DNA of 64,000 nucleotides from Octopus bimaculoides (lineage: Eukaryota), in the NCBI RefSeq assembly GCF_001194135.2, contig NC_068982.1, forward strand, positions 123,684,297 to 123,748,296, read 5' to 3'. Positions 55,720 to 64,000 of the stretch are shown piece after piece. Under the pieces are notes generated by a model. It had not been told where the DNA came from. It made no database searches and saw only the letters and a program-made list of their open reading frames with translations. Within the stretch, counting starts at the first letter, position 1, and each line of letters begins with the position of its first letter. Position numbers and translations under genes: made by a program.

Positions 55720-55990
55720 TATTGGTTAGCCCCTAGTCAACACTAATCCAGCAGATCTGTAATCAAAAGCATTCCAGCTATTACAATGCTGTCCTTTTCT
55801 TTGATGTTATGTTTCTAGGACTCTGCATTATTTGATGCATACTCTCTTCTAATGTTGCTAGGGTTTGTTGTGTGGTCTTTCTCACTACCAGAGCAAATTG
55901 AAAGGCCATAAAGAGGCACCCCTGTCTGGTCTTTGTTACATGCAGAGGTTGTAACTTCTTGAATTTCATCCACCCCTTTGCCACATTTTT
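55720..55990 (-). mobile_element. Old RTE LINE RT remnant
   Basis: AKGWMKFKKLQPLHVTK corresponds to the RTE motif GWxKFRELLPLLxTK, just upstream of the segment seen at 1625. Confidence 0.55.
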
Positions 55991-56993
55991 CATTACTAAT
56001 TACACTACCCAGTAAAGAGAAACTACCTACTATTTCTTGTACACTAATTACTCTTAACTTCTTAATACAACTAAAGACTGTTCCATGCCATCTAACCAGA
56101 AACCATGTAAAATCTCTTATCTATCCATTATTACTCAGCATTGAGTTCCTGTTCATTATCACTGAATGGTGCTGAGATTTTGTACATTTTGTTCTTAACT
56201 AGTACTTTGATTCTTAACTAGTACTAAATGCAAAATAGAAAGTTGTTTGATGATGGCTAAGAACTTCTTTTGCAAATGTCTCATTAGGAATATTGCATCT
56301 GTTGACTTCACATCCTGATTCAACCTATCAAACCTAAATTGTTATACACTTTATATGTGCAATATCAATAATAATAATTGAAATAATAATATGATTTCTT
56401 TGGTAAATACAAGTACAATCAGATGTCCACACATGCAGACATTTCCTTCATCAGTACCAGAGGGTAGCAGTACCCTGAGAAAGATCATGTTGAGAAGGCC
56501 TAAATGACAGATGGCTCTAAGATGATAAGCCAGCATCTTGGTTGGCTTCTGTCAATGATAGCTGGCTACTGTCATTGTTCTAAATAGAACAACATGTAAA
56601 ATTAAAACAGAATGCAAGAAGTCATCAAAATGAATAGCCCTCGTATGTTGTTGCCATTCTGGAATATACATATATTTTATTTTGATTTGGATACATTATG
56701 TTGGTTGGTATATGCATGTATATAGTCATGGTTTGTATATCTGCAGGCTATCATGATGGCACAGTGTGCTGTTCAAAACAGATTGTAGTTTTCTGAGAAG
56801 AGTAGAGAGCGGTTGATTGGACTCATGGACAGTGATTCTAGGGGTTGTATTGCTATATTTAACATGACATAATATCGTGAGAAATACTTTTAAATTATTG
56901 CTGTTGGAATTGATGTTGTTTTTCTTGAAAAAAAAAATCATAAAAATTTATGCAAATTATAGAAACATTTATTATTTTTTTTTTATCTTGTAG

Positions 56994-57223
56994 TTGTTGG
57001 ACCTGTTGTAAAAACCACAGATCCTGATAAATTCCAAGAAGAACTGCGCAATCTCTATCCACAAGGAGGAGGTGATTGTCCAGAGATGAGTATCGGTGCA
57101 ATAAAAAGAGCTTTAGAAGAATCTCTACCACACTCTTATATTTATGTCTTCACTGATGCCACATCTAAGGATTATGAACTCACACAAGAAGTATTATCCC
57201 TCATACAAAACAAGCAAAGTCAG
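56994..57223 (+). CDS. HMCN1: Internal coding exon of hemicentin (HMCN1/him-4-like), N-terminal VWA domain
   Basis: T-rich tract plus TAG acceptor (56991-56993), 230-bp exon, CAG|GTAAAT donor. The exon starts in phase 1 and ends in phase 0. It reads (x)[76 protein letters not shown], closely matching recalled human HMCN1 ([76 protein letters not shown]). The HMCN1/HMCN2 split is vertebrate-specific, so the symbol is nominal. Confidence 0.94.
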
Positions 57224-57785
57224 GTAAATAATAAAATACATTCTCTTACTAATCTTGCATTGTTTGCCTAAATCTAAACTACATACAAACATGTTATATT
57301 CCTCTTATATCTCAAAAAGAATTTAGTGCTTTCATCTCTGTCCTTAGAACTAAGGTTCTACAACTGTCGGAAGATAGGCTGTAAGACTGTGTCTGTCTTA
57401 CAGCTTGGTGGGTTAGTTGGTTGGTTGGTTGGTAGTTCAAACCCTGTCCCCAGCACTGTATTGTGCTTGTGAAACTAACTCATTTGTAGCTGTAAACAAG
57501 TATTGTGATGTTGGAACATTTCACCTCTGTTAACAGCAGTGGCAGTAGCAGTAGCTGTACTATGCTACAATACTGCAACTGTTTCCTTAGCTGCAATGTT
57601 GCTACAGACCTGACTGCATGGTTAAAATTTTTCACTTTGCAACCATGTGGTTTCATGCTCGATTTCATTGTGTGACACCCTGTAGCCTGAAGTTGCCCAA
57701 CACTTTATGAGTGGAATTTGATAAACAGAAAGTATTTGCAGGCCGGTTGTGTGCATGTGTGTGTGTGTGTATGTGTGTGTGTGTA

Positions 57786-57818
<33 letters not shown>

Positions 57819-58561
57819 GTGGGGAGTGTGTCCATTTGTCTCTGCATTGACACCATTTGGGCAGCAGTGATGTATTTTTTTCTTTGTCCTGCATAAGCAA
57901 TATGTCTATCAGTTATGCAGTTTGATGTGTGAACACCAATGGAATAATGTATCTTGCTTGAAAATAATGTAAAGGTTAGTGTCAGCAGTAGAATACACCT
58001 TTAAGTTCTCATTCAACCCATGCCAGCATTAAAAAAGTATTAAAGAACAATGATGATGATGATGATGATGACAGATGATGAAGGTGATGACAGATAATGA
58101 TGAACAATGTTGATGAGGATGATGACTGATGATGTTGATGATGAGATCAACTCTTCATATAATTGTAGTTTCAGGAAGGATGATCTCTTCAAACAACACC
58201 TACAATTTGTCCTCAACGTGTTACATAATCCACTGAATTATAGAACTTGCAATAATGAACACACATGAAAGTGTAGTGACAAGCTCCCAGAAAGTCAAAA
58301 TCTGAAACAAAAGTTAAATTCGCAATTGAGCTGCATTCACCTCCACTTAAATTCTCACACCAACATCTTTTGGCTGTAGTTAATGACTTGGAGTGGGGGT
58401 GGGGGTGTCAACTGATTACCCTCAAAACATTGCATGAAAGTGAAGCCTTCAATTACAAACCAATAACTTATTAAGGGTTACATAACTTTTATTTTTAATA
58501 GCTAGCACCATAGATCTGAGAAGTGCTAATACACCGACTTGAGAACAGCAATTCTATATCT

Positions 58562-58791
58562 CTTTACTCTTTTACTCTTTTACTTTTTTACTTGTTTCAG
58601 TCATTTGACTGTGGCCATACTGGAGCACCACCTTCAGTTGAGCAAATCGACCCCAGGACTTATTCCTTGTAAGCCTAGTACTTATTCTATCTGTCTCTTT
58701 TGCTGAACCACTAAGTTATGGGGACGTAAACACACCTCCATCAGTTGTCAAGCGATGTTGGGGAGACAAACACAGACACACAAACAAATAT

Positions 58792-58836
<45 letters not shown>

Positions 58837-59002
58837 TACAATGGGCTTCTTTCAGTTTCCGTCTACCAAATCAACTCGCAAGGCTTTTGGTCGGCCCGAG
58901 GCTATAGTAGAAGACACTTGCCCAAAGTGTGACGCAGTGGGAATGAACCTGGAACCGTGTGGTTGGTAAGCAAGCTACTTACCACACAGCCACTCCTGTG
59001 CC
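58562..59002 (-). mobile_element. SINE family A, full length with (TTTTACTC)n tail
   Basis: All modules present; the terminal 8-nt unit is repeated. Confidence 0.9.
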
Positions 59003-60535
59003 TATGTTTACTTGTTATTGTTTTTTATACTTACAATATTCTTGTAAAAGAGGTAACAGTTGTTCCAAGAAAGACACAAAGTGAAGATTTCAATATATTT
59101 TCTCAGTTGGTGGTGAGAAAAAAGAAGTATAACACTAAACTTAACTTCCTACATCAAAGTTTTTGTGTTAGTGCAATTTTTTTTTGTGAAATTATATCAA
59201 TTCAAAGCTTAGGTTAATAAATGAGTTTTGTTTATTTTTATACTAAGATTATTTTATTATTTTTACTTGTTTAATGTATATATTGTAAGTAGCTTATGTC
59301 AAATTCCACTTCATTAAGTAGAAAAATACATATTTCTTCTTGGTTGCATCCTGAACATGTTACAAATTAGTGTTGCAGATTATAACTATTGCTGATTTCA
59401 TTGACCTGGAAGGACTCACTAACTTTCATAGAATTGGAAAAATTTAACATTAAGTAATGATTCAACAGATATCATGTCCATTGTTCTTGTTGACTACACT
59501 GAGTCAACTTTTTAATGTCTGTGGATGCAAATATTGCATATAGATTCATAGTAACCCTTTTGTTACCATATTTCTGTTGAAATACTCTGTCTTTGTTGCA
59601 ATTAATTTTTAAACTTCATTTCTTAATTGTCCTATTATGATGGATATTCTGTTTGTCTCTTCTTTTATTCTTACAATGCCATTTTAATACTAATTTCATT
59701 AAATTACCTAAAGTAGTCCCTTTTTTTTGTCATTTCATTACTCATTGCTTCTTTTTCTTGTCCATCACCAAAACCACCCCCACCACCACCAGTAGAAATA
59801 GCTGTGGTTTCTTACTGGTGTGGACACTTCAAAAAAGCAAACAACTCAGCTTGCCCATTAAAGGAGTTCTTTGTGGTCAGGGTGGTTGTGGTTTTGTGGG
59901 ATTTCCATGAGCAGCCCTATGAAATCTCCCTCTTTTGGGGAATTTTCATTTTTACTGTTTACATATTTCTATTTATGTAACCCTGCATTATTTTGTACTG
60001 TACTGTCCCCAATGTTTTTGTGAGTACTTAATAGTAAATAAAGAAAGCATTACAATTAACCAACTAGTTAATAAACCAATTAACTAATTATTTGCTGGAT
60101 TTATCATTAGACCAATCAATCAATCAATGAGTTTTGTTTGTCTAAGTCCTAACCAGCAAGGTGTTTATATTGGCAAAAATGATCCTCCCAAGATATAACA
60201 ACATCTGTTTCAACACATGATTTCACATCAAGAATCTTGCAAAACAAATACAAAAACGAAATTTACCTTGTTTTCCCTTTATTTCTTTTTGCACTGTGTT
60301 ACTTAAAAAGCTTCCTTAACATCCATAACTGACTTCCTAATTTTGTTGACTTAGCATTCAACTTATAATATCTGTATTCCTCGTTAATCAATCCTCTTGA
60401 TGTATATATAATTCACTTGGAGCTCTCAGGTAGAACATCGTTATAGTTATATTTCTCCATATCATTAATTCTCTCGCTTTTGAAGACTCCTTAATAATTT
60501 TCCTAAACCACAGAATTAGGACAAAATCACCAAGT

Positions 60536-60569
<34 letters not shown>

Positions 60570-60731
60570 ACTTGGTGATTTTGTCCTAAAGATAATATAT
60601 NNNNNNNNNNNNNNNNNNNNNNNNNNNNNNNNNNNNNNNNNNNNNNNNNNNNNNNNNNNNNNNNNNNNNNNNNNNNNNNNNNNNNNNNNNNNNNNNNNNN
60701 NTATATATATATGTATATATATATATATTAT

Positions 60732-61200
60732 CTTTAATCTTTTACTTGTTTCAGTCATTAGACTAAGGCCATGTTGGGGCACTGCCTTGAAAAATTTCAG
60801 TCAAATGCATCAACCCCAGTATTTATTTTTTTTAAAGCCTGGGACTTATTCTATCAGTCTCTTTTGCTAAACTGCTAAGTTATGGGGGTGTAAACACTAA
60901 CACATCAAGCAATGGAGGGGGACAAATGCAGACACAAACACACACGCACATATGTGTACACATGTGCACACACATACACATACAAACACACATACACACA
61001 CATGAAAAATGTGCACATGTGCAAACACACATGCATGCACACACACACTCATGGGCACATGCATACACACACACGACACGCTTCTTTCAGTTCTCGTTTA
61101 TGAAATCCACTCACAAAGCTTTGGTTGGCCTGACTCTTGCCCAAGGTGCCATGCAGTGGGACTGACTAAACCTGAAGCCATGTGTTTGGGAAGCAAACAT
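60732..61200 (-). mobile_element. SINE family A
   Basis: Tail, CA-rich centre and head all recognisable. Confidence 0.8.
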
Positions 61201-61209
61201 CTGATATAA

Positions 61210-61241
<32 letters not shown>

Positions 61242-61249
61242 TGTCATAT

Positions 61250-61633
61250 GGAGGCGCAATGGCCCAGTGGTTAGGGCAGCGGACTCAGGGTCATAGGATC
61301 GTGGTTTCGATTCCCAGACCGGGCATTGTGAGTGTTTATTGAGCGAAAACACCTAAAGCTCCACGAGGCTCCGGCAGGGGATGGTGGCAAACCCTGCTGT
61401 ACTCTTTCACCACAACTTTCTCTCACTCTTTCTTCCTGTTTCTGTTGTACCTGTATTTCAAAGGGCCAGTTTTGTCACACTCTGTGTCACTCTGAATCTC
61501 CCCGAGAACTACATTAAGGGTACACGTGTCTATGGAGTGCTCAGCCACTTGCACGTTAATTTCATGAGCAGGCTGTTCCATTGATTGGATCAACTGGAAC
61601 CCTCAACATTGTAACCGATGGAGTGCCAACAGC
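61250..61633 (+). mobile_element. Full-length young tRNA-derived SINE family C with 8-bp TSD AATGTCAT
   Basis: Box A TGGCCCAGTGG (61260-61270), box B GGTTTCGATTCC (61303-61314), ends GGAGTGCCAACAGC. AATGTCAT occurs at 61240-61247 and 61634-61641. Confidence 0.9.
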
Positions 61634-61641
61634 AATGTCAT

Positions 61642-62029
61642 TATTCAGTTTTATTTCAAGATTTCTTGCCAATAAAAAATATGTCAGTTTCTAACCTAGC
61701 TTCAAGGCTCCTTCAGTGGAATTTTAACAACATCAATGGGGTATTTTTGCATGTGTGTATATCTGCAGTATTTGGAGTCAGTGCATGTTCAGATTTGCAT
61801 GTTTTGTTTTATTTATGTATTCTCAGGTTTATATCTGTAATTATTGGCACACAGGTATATGTAACACACTGCCTAAATATCAATATTGAGAAATTAGGTC
61901 TCTCAAAACCAGAAAGGAGAAAGCTAATTCAGAGTCTACCAATCCAAGCCATCACTAGAACTGTAAAAATCTGTAAAACTTTCCAAAAGTTTATCTAAAG
62001 TATATATGTGCATGTCTAGACATGCAACT
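61642..62029 (-). mobile_element. RLE LINE ((CATA)n family) copy 3 with an inverted 5' segment
   Basis: 61642-61825 is the 3' UTR in minus orientation; ~61823-62029 is the immediately upstream part of the same element in plus orientation (compare 26480-26680). Confidence 0.8.
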
Positions 62030-62335
62030 TTACATTCTGAGTTCAAATTCTGCCGAGCTCGACTTTGCCTTTCATCCTTTCAAGATTGATAAACTAAATA
62101 CCAGTTGTGTACTGGGCTCAATCTAATCAACTGGCTTGCTCCCCCAAAATTTCGGGCCTTGTGCCAAGAGTAGAAAAGAATATTGGTGGACGTGTATATC
62201 TATCAAGAGCTGGGCTCATTTGTTACTGGTGGAGCTATAAATGTAAAGGAAAATTTTGTCTGAGCACATTGTTCTTAATGGTCTTCCTCAGTCACAAGTG
62301 GACAACCATCGTCATCATATGTATGTGTGTGAGTG

Positions 62336-62384
<49 letters not shown>

Positions 62385-62387
<3 letters not shown>

Positions 62388-62730
62388 GTCCCACTGTGTG
62401 GCACCTTGGGCAAGTATCTTCTACTATAGCTTTGGACCGACAAAAGCCTTGTGAATGGATTTAGTAGATGGAAACTGAAAGAAGCCTGTCATGTGTGTGT
62501 GTGTGTGTGTGTGTGTATTTGTGTCTGTTTGTCTGCCACCACCAATTGACAACTGGTGCTGGTATATTTACATCCTTGTTACCTAGCAGTTTGCCAAGAG
62601 AGACCAATAGAAAAAGTACTAGGCTTAAAAAAATAAATAAGTCCTTGGGTCAAATTGTCCGACTAAACTTTTTCAAGGCAGTGCCCCAGCATGGCCGCAG
62701 TCAAATGATTGAAACACATAAAACATAAAA
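62385..62730 (+). mobile_element. SINE family A (5' tip missing)
   Basis: From AGTCCCACTGTGTGGCACCTTGGGCAAG to CAGCATGGCCGCAGTCAAATGATTGAAAC. Confidence 0.8.
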
Positions 62731-63511
62731 GATTCCTTTAACAAAAAGAAAAAGAAATTCCTCACACTCCCTAGAGCCCCATAGAATAAAGGTACTAAAT
62801 AAGATTTTCAATTATTTCTATCAAAGCAATTGAATACCAAGAAATTCTTTACATTGTTATCGACTCCTTCAAAGATGCTACGAAATTCAACCTCCAAAGA
62901 TATTTAAAAAGGTATTCTCAATATAGCTATCTCATTTATCACATTTTTCACTGCTCAACACTTGCTTACAACAATTTCACTCAACTACTAAATCATTACA
63001 CATATTAGATGAAATTTTTAGGGAAGAAACCTGGCTAACCACAATAGGAAATAGGAGGAAAAGAAAATAGTGAAAGTAAACCAAAAGAAAAAAAAACCCA
63101 TTTGACATTCTTCTTTTGTTATCCACTCATCAAAAATACTCACACATCATTTGAGAATAAAAATAGCTGATAGTTGGCCAATTACTCCAGAATAAGAAGA
63201 TAATGCTATGTATAAATATCTGTTACCACAGCATACCCAGCACAGTTTCTCATTAAAAATAAAATGAAATAGCAGTCTCAATAAACAAATCCACTGCTTC
63301 ATAAAACATATTAGAGAACATCCGCTTCTTTCATTTATAACACCCATTAACATATTACACAACACTCTCAACATTATATTCAACCTATATTGAAGACATA
63401 AGGTAAAAAAAAAAGGTAAAGTAAAACCTAAAAGAAAATTCATGCTAAAATTGTATTTGATTAGAATAAGTTCATCAGATTTGCCTGTGTCTTTGGTAAT
63501 CCCATCTAAGC

Positions 63512-63674
63512 CACTAACGTAGCTAGGGCCGGTAGGGGCAGTCCGTCCCGGGTGGCTCTTTTAAAGGGGCACCACTTTTGGGTCTGCTGTAGACAATATG
63601 TGTTTTTTGTGGGGTCCGGGGGGTGGCAAGCAAAAGGGCCGCCCCAGGCAACACAGACACTAGCTAGGCTAGTG
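63512..63674. mobile_element. 163-bp GC-rich MITE, hAT-like
   Basis: 15-bp TIR CACTAACGTAGCTAG / CTAGCTAGGCTAGTG (13/15 complementary), degenerate 8-bp TSD ATCTAAGC / ATCTGAAC (6/8), internal GGGC..CCG.CCC.GG subterminal repeats. Confidence 0.7.
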
Positions 63675-64000
63675 ATCTGAACCCTTACTTTTTCTATCAA
63701 AACCAATAATGCAAAGCTTCTTAGCTTCTGTCTGTCAATCTTTTATCTTTTACCTTTTACTTGTTTCTGTCATTGATCTGGGGCCACTCTGGGGCACTGC
63801 CTTCAAGGTTTAGTCAAACAAATTGACATCAGTAGTTAATTTTAAGTCTGGTACTTGTTCTATCATTCTCTTATGCTGAGCCACTAATTTTCAGGGACAA
63901 GGGACATAAACAAACCAACAACGATGGTCAAGTAGTGGAGTGGGTGATGGCGATAAACACAACCACAAACACACATGCACACGTACGCACACACACACAC

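Noticed and set aside
58050-58150. Acidic (poly-Asp-like) coding potential
   Set aside because: It is an expanded (GAT)n tail of an RTE-tailed SINE.
59870-59910. CAG|GGTGGTTGTGGTTTTGTGG as the next hemicentin exon
   Set aside because: No frame gives VVFVLTGDC or the following GY..Y..IA..SSGQ motif.
60516-60589. Perfect 74-bp palindrome centred on (AT)n
   Set aside because: Zero mismatches, centred on a self-complementary microsatellite and 11 bp from an N gap: the signature of an assembler strand flip. Long reads would settle it.
61250-61330. tRNA-like sequence with A and B boxes
   Set aside because: It continues into a ~300-bp SINE body with a TSD; it is a SINE head, not a tRNA gene. The same applies to 52722 and 4806.

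Overview
AT-rich animal genomic DNA from a gapped draft assembly (about 12 N-runs, most bordered by microsatellites). The repeat landscape (tRNA-headed SINEs, RTE tails ending in (GAT)n, dense TA/CA/TAA/TATG arrays) points to an octopus or other coleoid cephalopod; this is inference from remembered repeat families. The only host coding sequence I can support is one 230-bp internal exon of hemicentin (HMCN1/him-4-like, VWA domain; + strand, 56994-57223). I found no upstream or downstream exon, so most of the window is probably intron. The rest is transposon debris: RTE, CR1-like and several restriction-like-endonuclease (R4/Dong-type) LINE fragments, at least four SINE families, Tc1/mariner, Tigger, a Helitron 5' fragment and an hAT-like MITE. 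Nearly all ORFs in the supplied track are microsatellite, N-gap or TE artefacts. The most interesting patterns are: (i) a ~10-kb (TAA)n island where Dong-like LINEs and one SINE family alternate antiparallel; (ii) an RLE LINE family embedded in (CATA)n arrays, one copy with a twin-priming-type 5' inversion; (iii) a SINE head carrying two alternative tails that switch at an internal microsatellite; (iv) two near-perfect 61-70-bp hairpins. I see no prokaryote-type system (CRISPR, operon) and no clearly new gene system. TE boundaries are approximate unless stated to the base.
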